A stretch of 64,000 nucleotides of DNA from Candidatus Limnocylindria bacterium (GCA_036560105.1 DATBRU010000019.1:22252-86251); one strand, 5' to 3'; shown: positions 40,732 to 49,679, counted from the first letter of the stretch. Numbers and translations are program-made. The notes: generated by a model not told the origin, from the letters alone.

Positions 40732-40767
40732 GCTTGTTGACATTGTTGAGTATTATGGTCAACAAGC
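40732..40767 (+). terminator. AT-rich inverted repeat (10-bp arms GCTTGTTGAC / GTCAACAAGC, 16-nt spacer containing TATTAT) followed by a T-rich run; terminator or operator
   Basis: gcttgttgac-attgttgagtattatg-gtcaacaagc-tttgattt between the PEP-enzyme gene stop and the SBP gene start. Confidence 0.4.
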
Positions 40768-40773
40768 TTTGAT

Positions 40774-41811
40774 TTGGGGGTGACAGGCGCGATGAAGTCC
40801 AGGCTCGCGGCGGCGATCGTCGTCGTTCTCGCCGGGTGTGGCGGCGTTCAGGGAAACCCCGACGAGCCGATTCCGGTGCGCCTCGGCTACTTTCCCAACG
40901 TCACCCACGCGACCGCGAGCGTGGGCGTCGAACAGGGCCTCTTCGAAGAAGCCCTCGGTTCCGGCGTCGACCTGACCGTTCAGGCTTTCAACGCCGGACC
41001 CGACGCCATCGAGGCCATCTTCAACGGGGCGCTCGATGCCACCTACATCGGTCCAAACCCCGCGATCAACGCGTTCACCCGTTCCGATGGCGAGGCAATC
41101 CGCATCATCGCGGGTGCCACGTCGGGCGGTGCCGCGCTGGTGGTACGGGATGGCATCTCAACTCCCGAACAGCTGGCCGGGACAACGCTCGCCACGCCGC
41201 AGCTCGGAAACACGCAGGATGTCGCGCTGCGCGCATGGCTCGCCGAGCAGGGGTACGAGACCGATCTGGAGGGTGGTGGCGACGTGTCGATCATCCCGCA
41301 GGCCAACGGCCAGACGCTCGAGGCGTTCCGTGCCGGAGAGGTCGACGGGGCATGGGTTCCGGAGCCCTGGGCCACGCGACTGGTCGAGGAAGGTGGCGGG
41401 CATGTGCTCGTGGACGAGGCCGACCTGTGGCCGAACGGCCAGTTCGTCACGACTCACCTCATCGTTGCCACCGAGTTCCTCGAGGACCACCCCGACCTCG
41501 TCAAGCGGCTGCTCGAGGGCCACCTCGAAGCCAACGTTTTCGTCAATGAGCACCCCGCGGAAGCGCAGGAGCTCGTCGGGACGGCAATCGCCGAGCTCAC
41601 CGGCGCGGAGCTGCCGGCCGACATCCTCGAAGCGGCCTGGGCCAACCTCGAGTTCACCGTGGATCCGATTCCCACCTCGCTGACCGTCTCAGCCGACCAT
41701 GCGTATGACCTGGGCCTCATCGAGAGCGCCGACCTTGACGGCATCTACGACCTCACGCTGCTCAACGAGGTACTGCGTGAGGCGGGCGAACCGGAGATCA
41801 GTGGGCCATGA
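40774..41811 (+). CDS. ABC transporter substrate-binding lipoprotein, NitT/TauT (sulfonate/nitrate/taurine) family
   Basis: Lipobox VLAGC|GG; SsuA/TauA-like periplasmic-binding fold (VRLGYFPNVTHA...). Confidence 0.75.
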   Translation: MGVTGAMKSRLAAAIVVVLAGCGGVQGNPDEPIPVRLGYFPNVTHATASVGVEQGLFEEALGSGVDLTVQAFNAGPDAIEAIFNGALDATYIGPNPAINAFTRSDGEAIRIIAGATSGGAALVVRDGISTPEQLAGTTLATPQLGNTQDVALRAWLAEQGYETDLEGGGDVSIIPQANGQTLEAFRAGEVDGAWVPEPWATRLVEEGGGHVLVDEADLWPNGQFVTTHLIVATEFLEDHPDLVKRLLEGHLEANVFVNEHPAEAQELVGTAIAELTGAELPADILEAAWANLEFTVDPIPTSLTVSADHAYDLGLIESADLDGIYDLTLLNEVLREAGEPEISGP

Positions 41812-42608
41812 GGCCCTCACTCGCCCTGGTCGAGCCCGTCGGTTCCGCCGATCGCGACCACGACATGCCAGCCATCGAGGTGGCCGGGGTGTCGAAAGCC
41901 TACGGACCGCGGGGGAACCATGTCCTGGCCCTGTCCGATTTCAACCTGCAGGTGCAGCCAGGCGAGTTCGTGTGCCTCGTTGGCGCGTCCGGATGCGGCA
42001 AGAGCACCCTCCTCGCGCTCCTGGCCAGGCTCGATCGGCCCCAGGGCGGCCGTATCAATACACGCGGCCGCGTAAGCCTGATCTTCCAGGATGCCGCACT
42101 CTTCCCGTGGCTCACCGCTGCCGAAAACATCAGGCTTGCGCTGCGACTGGCCGGCGAGCCGAGGCGTGATTGGGACAATCGGGTCGACGAGCTGCTGCAC
42201 CTCGTCCACCTCGACGGGTTCGGAGGTCACAGGCCACACGAGCTGTCAGGCGGCATGCGACAGCGGACGGCGCTGGCTCGGGCGCTCGCCCAGCGGGCCG
42301 ACATCTTGCTCATGGACGAGCCATTCGGCGCGCTCGACGCGATGACTCGCGACCTCCTGCATGACGAGCTCGAGCGACTCTGGTTGTCCACCGGAGCCAC
42401 CGTCCTGTTCGTGACGCACGACGTGCGGGAAGCGGTGCGGCTCGGTGACCGTGTCGTGGTGCTCACAAGTCGCCCCGGCCGCGTCGCCGACGAGGTGGCT
42501 ATCGGACTGCCGCGCCCACGGCCCGTCGGCGACCACCGCGTGGGGGATTTCACCGAGCGCATCACCGCGAGGCTGCGCGAGGAAGTGATGCGCCATGCAA
42601 CCGAGTGA
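41808..42608 (+). CDS. ABC transporter ATP-binding protein (NitT/TauT family)
   Basis: Walker A GASGCGKST, signature LSGGMRQR, Walker B LLMDEPFGALD. Confidence 0.85.
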   Translation: MRPSLALVEPVGSADRDHDMPAIEVAGVSKAYGPRGNHVLALSDFNLQVQPGEFVCLVGASGCGKSTLLALLARLDRPQGGRINTRGRVSLIFQDAALFPWLTAAENIRLALRLAGEPRRDWDNRVDELLHLVHLDGFGGHRPHELSGGMRQRTALARALAQRADILLMDEPFGALDAMTRDLLHDELERLWLSTGATVLFVTHDVREAVRLGDRVVVLTSRPGRVADEVAIGLPRPRPVGDHRVGDFTERITARLREEVMRHATE

Positions 42609-43470
42609 TTCCTCGGGACGGTCAAGGGCAGCACGAGAACTGGCAGGGCTCGATACCCTCGAGCTGCCCATCGCACCCTCACCTGGTGTCGCTCGGAGAG
42701 TGTGGACGGCTGCGTGGCCGCAACTGGCGGCGATCGGCATCGTCCTCGCCATCTGGCAGCTCGTCGTGGCCCTCGAAGTGAAGCCCCCGTGGGTCCTGCC
42801 CGGGCCGACGGACGTGCTTCCGCGACTCGTCGCGGACCTCGGCGATGACCTGCCGGCCGCGATTGCGACCACCCTGCGGCGCGCCGCCCTTGGATTCGGC
42901 TTGGCGCTGGCGATCGGCACGTTGCTGGGGCTTGCGATCGTACGTTGGCGGCTGCTGCGCACCGCAGCCGCCTCGCTCATCACCGGGCTCCAGACCATGC
43001 CTTCGATCGCCTGGTTTCCCTTCGCCATTCTCATCTTCGGGCTGTCGGAAGCGGCGATCATGTTCGTTGTCGTTCTGGGCGCGGCACCGTCGGTGGCCAA
43101 CGGACTCATCAACGGTGTCGACCACATCCCGCGGATCCTGCTCCGGGCCGGGACGGTCCTCGGCGCTCGCGGCGTGGACAAATATCGGTTCGTCGTGCTT
43201 CCCGGCGCGTTGCCGGCCTTTGTCGGCGGCACGAAGCAAGCCTGGGCGTTCGCATGGCGCAGCCTGATGGCCGGCGAGTTGCTCGTCATCATCGCCCAGC
43301 AACCCGCTCTCGGCGTCCAGCTGCAGCTCCAGAGGGAGATCGTTGATGCCACAGGCCTGCTCGGCACGATGATCGTGATCCTGGCGATCGGGATCCTGGT
43401 CGACCAGCTGCTGTTCGGAACGGTGGAGCGCCAGATCCGCGCGCGCCGCGGGTTGGCTGAAGCGGCCTGA
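42595..43470 (+). CDS. ABC transporter permease (NitT/TauT family)
   Basis: Six TM helices; EAA-like loop region. Overlaps the ATPase gene by 14 nt. Confidence 0.8.
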   Translation: MQPSDSSGRSRAARELAGLDTLELPIAPSPGVARRVWTAAWPQLAAIGIVLAIWQLVVALEVKPPWVLPGPTDVLPRLVADLGDDLPAAIATTLRRAALGFGLALAIGTLLGLAIVRWRLLRTAAASLITGLQTMPSIAWFPFAILIFGLSEAAIMFVVVLGAAPSVANGLINGVDHIPRILLRAGTVLGARGVDKYRFVVLPGALPAFVGGTKQAWAFAWRSLMAGELLVIIAQQPALGVQLQLQREIVDATGLLGTMIVILAIGILVDQLLFGTVERQIRARRGLAEAA

Positions 43471-43483
43471 TCTAGCCGCCCCG

Positions 43484-44002
43484 TTAGTCCGTCGCCTGCC
43501 GATGTCTTGTCGGCACCATCGTCCGTCCCGTCCCGCGCACCCGCCCGAGCGACGTCCAGGCCTCTGGATCGCGCGCGAGGCGTCGGACACCCGCTGGAAG
43601 CCGGTCGGTGACCAGATCCTCGACCGAGGTGCCCTCCAGGATCTCCCGCTGGCTGGCGCGGAGGGCAATCCATACGTCCTGGAGACGGGCGGCGGGTCCG
43701 GCGTACTCGATCGTCTCCGGGCGATCGCCGCGCACGTCGGACATCGGCCCGTCCACGGCCCGAATGACATCTGCCAGGCTGATCTCGGTGGCCGACCGCG
43801 CCAACCTGAAGCCCCCTCCCGCACCCCGCTGGCTCTGCACGATGCCGGCGTGCTTGAGAGCCAGCAGAACGCTCTCGAGGAATTCGACGGGAATGTCCTG
43901 GCGAGCGGCGATCGCGTCGCGCTTCAGGCGCTCGCTTCCCTCTACCACCGCGAGCTCCGCCACTGCGCGAAGTGCGTAGTCGGCTCTGGCGGAGACGCGC
44001 AT
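43484..44002 (-). CDS. Rrf2 family transcriptional regulator
   Basis: N-terminal MRVSARADYALRAVAELA ... ; winged-helix Rrf2 signature GIVQSQRGAGGGFRLAR. Confidence 0.8.
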   Translation of the reverse strand: MRVSARADYALRAVAELAVVEGSERLKRDAIAARQDIPVEFLESVLLALKHAGIVQSQRGAGGGFRLARSATEISLADVIRAVDGPMSDVRGDRPETIEYAGPAARLQDVWIALRASQREILEGTSVEDLVTDRLPAGVRRLARDPEAWTSLGRVRGTGRTMVPTRHRQATD

Positions 44003-44070
44003 GCGCCGATTGTGCCATGCGCCCGACAGGTGGCGTCGAAACGAGTGCGATCCCGGTGACTGGACGGTGC

Positions 44071-44101
44071 TTGACCCTCACGTTACGTTAGGGTCTATGG
44101 T
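44071..44101 (+). promoter_or_regulatory. MerR-type promoter: -35 TTGACC, 19-bp spacer containing the dyad GACCCT-N11-AGGGTC, -10 TATGGT
   Basis: cTTGACCctcacgttacgttagggtcTATGGTcac, 10 nt upstream of the MerR/TipAL ATG; the over-long spacer is the MerR-family hallmark. Confidence 0.55.
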
Positions 44102-44110
44102 CACTGCCGG

Positions 44111-44884
44111 ATGGACGAACCGATGAGCCATACGATCGGCTCGGTGGCCCGGATGGCCGGGATCACCGTGCGAACGCTGCACCACTACGACGAGATCGGC
44201 CTGCTATCGCCCGGCGATCGGAGCCGCGCCGGCTACCGGCGCTACGACGGTGCCGATCTCGAACGGCTGCAGCGCATCCTGTTCTTTCGTGAGCTCGGGT
44301 TCGGCCTGGACGAGATCAAGACGGTCATGAGCGATGGCGGTGCGGACGCATCGGCCCACCTGGCGCGGCAGCACGCGATGCTGCTCGACCGCATCAGGAG
44401 GCTGAAGCGGATGGCGGCGGCCGTCGAGAAGGCGATGGAGGCACGAACGATGGGAATCAATCTCACGCCCGAGGAGCGCTTCGAGGTCTTCGGCGACTTC
44501 GACCCCGACGAGCACGCGGGCGAGGTCGAGGAGCGTTGGGGCGGCACCGACGCATATCGAGAGTCGGCGCGCCGGGTGGCGAGCTACACGAAGGCCGATT
44601 GGGTGCGCATCAAGGCGCAGGGCGCGGCCGCGATCGAGCAGGTCGCCGGTGCCATGCGGGCGGGCCTGCCCGCCGACAGCGTCGAGGCCATGGACGGCGC
44701 GGAGGCGCATCGACAGCAGATCACCGACGCGTTCTACGAGTGCACGACCGAGATCCACGTGGGGCTGGCCGAGATGTACGTCGCCGATCCGCGCTTCACC
44801 GCGACGTACGAGACGATCGCGCCGGGGCTGGCGCAGTACCTCCACGACGCGATCCTTGCCAACGCGGCCCGGGCTGCGGCCTGA
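44111..44884 (+). CDS. MerR family transcriptional regulator with TipAS-like C-terminal effector domain (TipAL-like)
   Basis: HTH_MerR motif (IGSVARMAGITVRTLHHYDEIGLL) plus a C-terminal TipAS-type region. Confidence 0.8.
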   Translation: MDEPMSHTIGSVARMAGITVRTLHHYDEIGLLSPGDRSRAGYRRYDGADLERLQRILFFRELGFGLDEIKTVMSDGGADASAHLARQHAMLLDRIRRLKRMAAAVEKAMEARTMGINLTPEERFEVFGDFDPDEHAGEVEERWGGTDAYRESARRVASYTKADWVRIKAQGAAAIEQVAGAMRAGLPADSVEAMDGAEAHRQQITDAFYECTTEIHVGLAEMYVADPRFTATYETIAPGLAQYLHDAILANAARAAA

Positions 44885-44896
44885 GCCATCCAGCCT

Positions 44897-45592
44897 ATGC
44901 TGGTCCGGATGGATCGTCCGGACCAGCCTTCCGACTGCTGCGCGCCCGCCGACCCGCGGATCGCGCGGCGGTTCGACGAGCGCGCGGCGGAGTGGGCCGA
45001 TCTCGATGAGTTTCCCGATCTCGTCGATGTAAGCGCGCGCATGCTCGATCTGCTGCGCGACGCACCCGTACGGCGTCCGACCGTGCTCGAGTTCGGTTGC
45101 GGCACAGGCGGCGTGGGCGTCGCATTGCTCGAGATGGATGCGTCGCGGGTGACCGGCATCGACCTGTCGTCGGCGAGCATCGAGCTCGCCTCGCGGCGCG
45201 CTGCCGCCGCGAACCTTGGCGATCGCGCGACCTTCGAGGTCGGCAATGCTGCTGAGGCGGACGTCGCCGCACACGACTGGGTGGTGATGGACCGGGTCAT
45301 CTGCTGCTTCGGTGACGCCGAGCATCTCGTGACACAGGCCATCGCGCACGCCCGGCAGCGGATCGCGATCACGGCACCCGAGTCACGCGGTTGGCGCGGG
45401 CTCGTCAACCGGCCGCTGTGGGCCCTCGAATTCGCCTGGGACCGGCTTCGGGGCGGCTGCCGCGGCTACGTCCACGACCTGCGGGGCGTCGAGCGCCAGA
45501 TGGCAGACGCCGGCTTCCAGCCGACCGCAAGCGCGCGCATCGGGCTGTGGCACATCGGGGTGTACGACCGTAACGAGAGCTCAGCCCCCTGA
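44897..45592 (+). CDS. class I SAM-dependent methyltransferase
   Basis: Motif I VLEFGCGTGGVG; acidic motif II GIDLS. Confidence 0.7.
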   Translation: MLVRMDRPDQPSDCCAPADPRIARRFDERAAEWADLDEFPDLVDVSARMLDLLRDAPVRRPTVLEFGCGTGGVGVALLEMDASRVTGIDLSSASIELASRRAAAANLGDRATFEVGNAAEADVAAHDWVVMDRVICCFGDAEHLVTQAIAHARQRIAITAPESRGWRGLVNRPLWALEFAWDRLRGGCRGYVHDLRGVERQMADAGFQPTASARIGLWHIGVYDRNESSAP

Positions 45593-45826
45593 GCGACGCT
45601 CCCAGCGGATGTCGATGCCGTCGCTCGCTCCGAGGGCACCCCGCAGCAGCTCGAGGAGGTGTGCGTCGGCCTGGGCCGCGGCCAGGAACTCGATCGTTGC
45701 CGCGTCGACGTAGTAGTCCCGGTCCTCGAGGGACTCTTCCTCGAGGCCGCTGACGAGGGTCTGCAGCTCGGCCTCGGAGATGCTGCCGATGAGCTCGTTG
45801 GTCGCCGCGTGATGGAGGTCAATCAT
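45581..45826 (-). CDS. small acidic hypothetical protein (81 aa)
   Basis: An ORF with genome-typical codon use; it has a 12-nt overlap with the methyltransferase 3' end on the opposite strand. I recognised no family. Confidence 0.4.
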   Translation of the reverse strand: MIDLHHAATNELIGSISEAELQTLVSGLEEESLEDRDYYVDAATIEFLAAAQADAHLLELLRGALGASDGIDIRWERRSGG

Positions 45827-45852
45827 GGCTTCGGCTCAGTATCGGCATCGCG

Positions 45853-46803
45853 TCAAGGCGCATAGACCGATGCCAATCCCGCCTCGAGGTCGCGTGGCGC
45901 GTAGCCGAGCTCGGCGCGCGCCTTCGCATCTGTCGCCCAATACGTCACCCCGGCGCTCGCGCTGACCAGCTCGCCGAGATCGCGACCGAGGCGCTTCGCG
46001 ATCGGCGACGCCGCTCGCAGCGCCCAGGTCGGGGTCGACATCCGCGGCGGGCGCTGCCACGCGATCGCCGCGACGCGTCGCACCAGCTCAGCGAGGGTCG
46101 TGATCTCGCCACCCAGCACGTACGACTCACCCGTGCGGCCGCGCTCGCCGACGAGCACGATGCCGGCGGCGATGTCCGCGACGTGAGCCATGTTCATGCC
46201 CAGGTCGCCGAACGTGAGCGCCGGCAGCTTGCCGCGCGCCGCCTGGTCGAGGACGCCGCCGAGGCTCGAGTGGTCACCCGGGCCATAGACGCCGCCCGGC
46301 ATCGCCACGAAAACCGGGGCGCCCGCGGTGATCCGCTCGTGCGCCGCCAGGTCGGCGCGGTGCTTCGTCTCGTCGTAGAAGCTGACGTACCGATACGGGC
46401 GCGGGCGCTCGAACGTCTCGTCGACGACCCGGTACTCGGTGTCGCCGAAGACGTTGATCGTCGAGACGTGCACGATCCGGGGCACGCCGGCGGCGATAGC
46501 CGCGTCGAGGACGCGCTCCGTCGCCGTGACATTGGCCGCCTCCATGGCTGGTCGCTCGTCCTCCCGGATGCCGACGCGGTAGTCGCCGGCCAGGTGGTAC
46601 GCGACGTCGGCGCCGTCGAGGGCGCGCTCCAGCACCGAGGTGTCCAGCATGTCGCCGATGACGACCTCGCACCCAACGCTGCGCAGCCGGTCGGCCGATG
46701 TTTCGCTGCGGGCGAGGGCCCGCACGTCGGTGGCGCCGTCGCGCAGGCGACCAACGACATGGCGTCCGATGAAGCCGCCGCCCCCGGTCACGAAGGCCCT
46801 CAT
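45853..46803 (-). CDS. NAD-dependent epimerase/dehydratase (extended SDR)
   Basis: VTGGGGFIGRHV Rossmann motif. Confidence 0.8.
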   Translation of the reverse strand: MRAFVTGGGGFIGRHVVGRLRDGATDVRALARSETSADRLRSVGCEVVIGDMLDTSVLERALDGADVAYHLAGDYRVGIREDERPAMEAANVTATERVLDAAIAAGVPRIVHVSTINVFGDTEYRVVDETFERPRPYRYVSFYDETKHRADLAAHERITAGAPVFVAMPGGVYGPGDHSSLGGVLDQAARGKLPALTFGDLGMNMAHVADIAAGIVLVGERGRTGESYVLGGEITTLAELVRRVAAIAWQRPPRMSTPTWALRAASPIAKRLGRDLGELVSASAGVTYWATDAKARAELGYAPRDLEAGLASVYAP

Positions 46804-47240
46804 CCCTCCGCCGCGAACCGCTCCTGGACACGCCGGATGCTCTCGTCGATGTCGCCGCCGGCCGCACTGGCGATCATCGGCTCCATGAAGCGAGTCATGC
46901 CCGACGCGCGGATCTCCATGGCGAAGCGCAGGTCGGTCGCCGCTCCGTCAGCCGGCTGAAGGTCGAGCTCGGCGACGGCCCGCACGCCGGAGACCTCGCT
47001 GCCGATGACGAGCCGACTCGGCGGCTCGTAGGCGGTGATGGTCAGTGGCGCCTCGACACGCTGACCCATCAGCTGCCGGACGACGCGGGCCGTGGTGCCG
47101 ACACCGACCTCGCCGTTCGGAGACAGCTCGGCCGAGATCACGCCCGTCTGCCATTCGGCGAGGTTGTCGAGGTCCGCCAGGTAGGCGAAGACGCTTGCGG
47201 GTGGAGCGCCGATGCGGGCCGTGCGTTCGACGCGCTTCAT
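46800..47240 (-). CDS. SRPBCC (Bet v1-like / polyketide cyclase-type) ligand-binding protein
   Basis: ...IGAPPASVFAYLADLDNLAEWQ... characteristic of the SRPBCC superfamily; 4-nt overlap with the SDR gene. Confidence 0.7.
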   Translation of the reverse strand: MKRVERTARIGAPPASVFAYLADLDNLAEWQTGVISAELSPNGEVGVGTTARVVRQLMGQRVEAPLTITAYEPPSRLVIGSEVSGVRAVAELDLQPADGAATDLRFAMEIRASGMTRFMEPMIASAAGGDIDESIRRVQERFAAEG

Positions 47241-47441
47241 CGGCCAACCCTACTACCCCGCAGGTCGAGCCGCGCGACTCGGTACCGCGCCAGGTACGCA
47301 ACGGCCACTGAGCAAGCCGTCGCCGCCCGCCGTGTGCCTCCTCGGGTATCCGCCCGCCAGGCAAGAATGCGTACGGCGACTTCGTTGGCCGATACGTACC
47401 CCAGCCGATGCGCGCTCGAAGCCAGTGGACCGGCGGTGAAG

Positions 47442-47517
47442 TGGTGGAGATGAGGGGACTCGAACCCCTGACCCCCGCGATGCGAACGCGGTGCTCTCCC
47501 AGCTGAGCTACATCCCC
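47442..47517 (-). tRNA. tRNA-Ala (anticodon CGC), CCA encoded
   Basis: Reverse complement GGGGATGTAGCTCAGCTGGGAGAGCACCGCGTTCGCATCGCGGGGGTCAGGGGTTCGAGTCCCCTCATCTCCACCA: G3:U70, anticodon loop TT-CGC-AT. Confidence 0.85.
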
Positions 47518-47562
47518 ACGGGTGGCGGCGAGTATAGCAAGGAACCAGGGCCTTCCCGAAAG

Positions 47563-47576
47563 AGAACATTCGTTCT
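47563..47576 (+). promoter_or_regulatory. LexA (Cheo-type SOS) box AGAAC-ATTC-GTTCT upstream of imuA
   Basis: Perfect GAAC-N4-GTTC palindrome 15 nt upstream of the imuA ATG, nearly identical to the box upstream of dnaE2 (54370-54383). Confidence 0.7.
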
Positions 47577-47590
47577 ATTATCGATGGTCA

Positions 47591-48370
47591 ATGCCTGCCA
47601 CCGCATCCCTGGCCACCGCCTTGGAGCACCTTCGCTCCCGCGGCCTTGACCTGCGTCGGGGATCGGATCCGGAGCCGATGCCGGAGCGGGCGCGTCCATC
47701 GGTCTCGACCGGTTACCCGGCTCTGGATACCGCGCTCGGCACCGGTGGCTGGCCGCGCGGCGCACTGTCGCTGATCGACGCGCCTCGGGGGGTCGGGGGG
47801 ACCTCGCTGGCGCTCGGGACGCTCGCCGCCGCGCAGGCCGCCGGAGGGCTCGTCGCCTGGCTCGACCTGGACGGGACGCTGGATGCGGCCGTGGCCGCAC
47901 GCCTGGGAGTGCGGCTGGAATGGCTGCTCGTGGCGCGTCCCGCAGACGCGGGTGAAGCGGTCGACCTGGGCGCCTGGCTCTGCCGCGCGGGGCTCATCGA
48001 CGCGCTGGTGCTCGACCTGGGTGAGCGGGCCATGCCCGACCGTCGCGCCCTGGATCGGCTCGGCTTGCTGCTGGCCCGCACCGGCGCCACGTCGGCGCTC
48101 GTGCTGGCGCCGTCGGCGCGCTCCGTGGTCGGGGCTGTGGCGGGCGTGCGGGTTGCGCTGCATCGGTCCTGCTGGCTGAGCGTGGGGCGTGACCTGGTCG
48201 GTCAGCGGGTGACTGCGGTGGTCGAACGGCATCGTTGGGCGCTGGCAGGCGGCAGCGCGGAGCTCGACCTGTGGTTCGGGGAGGGCCGCAGGATCGATCC
48301 ACTCCTGGCCGGGCTGGCGGTGCCCCAGGTCCTGGAGGAGCATCCGGGACTCCGGGTGGTGAGCGCATGA
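47591..48370 (+). CDS. imuA: ImuA-like RecA-fold protein (SOS mutagenesis cassette)
   Basis: ...STGYPALDTALGTGGWPRGALSLI...GGTSLALGTLAAAQAAGGLVAWLD (RecA/SulA-like P-loop-less fold), followed by imuB with an ATGA overlap. Confidence 0.7.
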   Translation: MPATASLATALEHLRSRGLDLRRGSDPEPMPERARPSVSTGYPALDTALGTGGWPRGALSLIDAPRGVGGTSLALGTLAAAQAAGGLVAWLDLDGTLDAAVAARLGVRLEWLLVARPADAGEAVDLGAWLCRAGLIDALVLDLGERAMPDRRALDRLGLLLARTGATSALVLAPSARSVVGAVAGVRVALHRSCWLSVGRDLVGQRVTAVVERHRWALAGGSAELDLWFGEGRRIDPLLAGLAVPQVLEEHPGLRVVSA

Positions 48371-49428
48371 CCCGCCTCCTGGCGCTCGTGTGGCCCGAGC
48401 TGCGTGCGCCCGATGCCGACGCACGGCCCTTCGAGCGCATGCTCGACGCGCTCGACGATCTCTCCCCGCGGGTGGAGGCGGTGGACGTGGGAGTGGCGCT
48501 CGTCGATGTCACCGGGCTGGAGCCGATGTGGGGGACGGAACGGCGGATCGCGGCTCGGGCCGTGATGCTCGCTCGGGCCGTGGCTCCACTGCGGGTCCGC
48601 TGCGGGATCGGCGAGAATCGCTGGCTGGCGACGCTCGCCGCCCGCCTGGCGCGCTTCGAGCGTCCCGAGGCTCCGGCAGCGTTCCGCATGCTGGCGAGCG
48701 AGGAGTTGAGGGGCCTCCCGCTGGTCCTCCTCCCGGCCGACGCGGCAACGCGCCAGCGGTTCACGCTGTTCGGGCTGACGACCATGGGCCAGCTGGCGGA
48801 CTTGCCGCGCTCCGCGGTCGGCGCCCAGTTCGGTCTCGCCGGGGAGCGGCTCCAGGCGCTTGCCCGTGGCCACGACCCCCGGCCGATCGTCACGCGCCGG
48901 CGACCGGAGCGCGTTGAGGCCGAGGCCGTCTTCGAGCCGGCGCTCGAGGGAATCGGGACGGTCGGCCTCACCCTGCGTCGCCTGGCCACCGAGCTGTGCG
49001 ACCGGCTCCGTGGCCGCCACCTCGCGCCGGGTCGGGCCGTCCTGTCCATCCATCTCGAGGATGCCCCCCAGCTGCGCGTGGCCCAGCCCTTTCCCCAGCC
49101 GGCCCTCGAGCCGGACTGGATCGCCCGACTGCTGCTGTCACGGGTGGAGGCCGCCGCGCGAGCGCGGAGTGGCCGTCCAGCGAAGGACGACATGGATGAG
49201 GAGCCACGGATCGCATCGGTCCATCTCTGTTTCGATCGCCTGGCGGATCCGGCGGCCAGGCAGCTGCCCGCCTTCGAGGCCCAGGCGGGACGCTGGGAGG
49301 AGCTGCGCTGGTCGCTGGAGCGGATCCGTCATCGGTTCGGGCCTGGTCGCCTCTGGATGGCGACCAGCGAGCGGCCGACCGCGGCGCTGCCCGAGCATCG
49401 GTTCGGCCTGGTGGAGCTCAACGAGTGA
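48367..49428 (+). CDS. imuB: ImuB, catalytically inactive Y-family polymerase homolog
   Basis: Y-family (DinB-like) fold without the acidic catalytic triad; N-terminus MTRLLALVWPEL. Confidence 0.75.
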   Translation: MTRLLALVWPELRAPDADARPFERMLDALDDLSPRVEAVDVGVALVDVTGLEPMWGTERRIAARAVMLARAVAPLRVRCGIGENRWLATLAARLARFERPEAPAAFRMLASEELRGLPLVLLPADAATRQRFTLFGLTTMGQLADLPRSAVGAQFGLAGERLQALARGHDPRPIVTRRRPERVEAEAVFEPALEGIGTVGLTLRRLATELCDRLRGRHLAPGRAVLSIHLEDAPQLRVAQPFPQPALEPDWIARLLLSRVEAAARARSGRPAKDDMDEEPRIASVHLCFDRLADPAARQLPAFEAQAGRWEELRWSLERIRHRFGPGRLWMATSERPTAALPEHRFGLVELNE

Positions 49429-49679
49429 CGCGCCAGTACCCCGACCATCCGCTGGTCCAGGTCGAGACCGATGCCGGCGGTGTCCCGGTTCGCCTCCACA
49501 TGGCCGGCACCGATCACGGCGAGCTCGGGATCTGCAACCGGTGGCGCGTCGACGACGGCTGGTGGCGTGAGCCGGTGGCACGTGCCTGCTACAAGGTCGT
49601 CACCCGCTCGGGCCTGCTCGCGGTGATCTTCCTCGACGAGCTGCGCGGCACCTGGCACCTGGAGCGCCTCTTCGACTGA
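49425..49679 (+). CDS. hypothetical 84-aa protein translationally coupled to imuB (GTGA overlap)
   Basis: GTG start overlapping the imuB stop; Trp-rich (RWRVDDGWWREP); normal GC3. I recognised no family. Confidence 0.5.
   Translation: MTRQYPDHPLVQVETDAGGVPVRLHMAGTDHGELGICNRWRVDDGWWREPVARACYKVVTRSGLLAVIFLDELRGTWHLERLFD

Noticed and set aside
47237-47569. 110-aa minus-strand ORF
   Set aside because: It spans the tRNA-Ala(CGC) gene.
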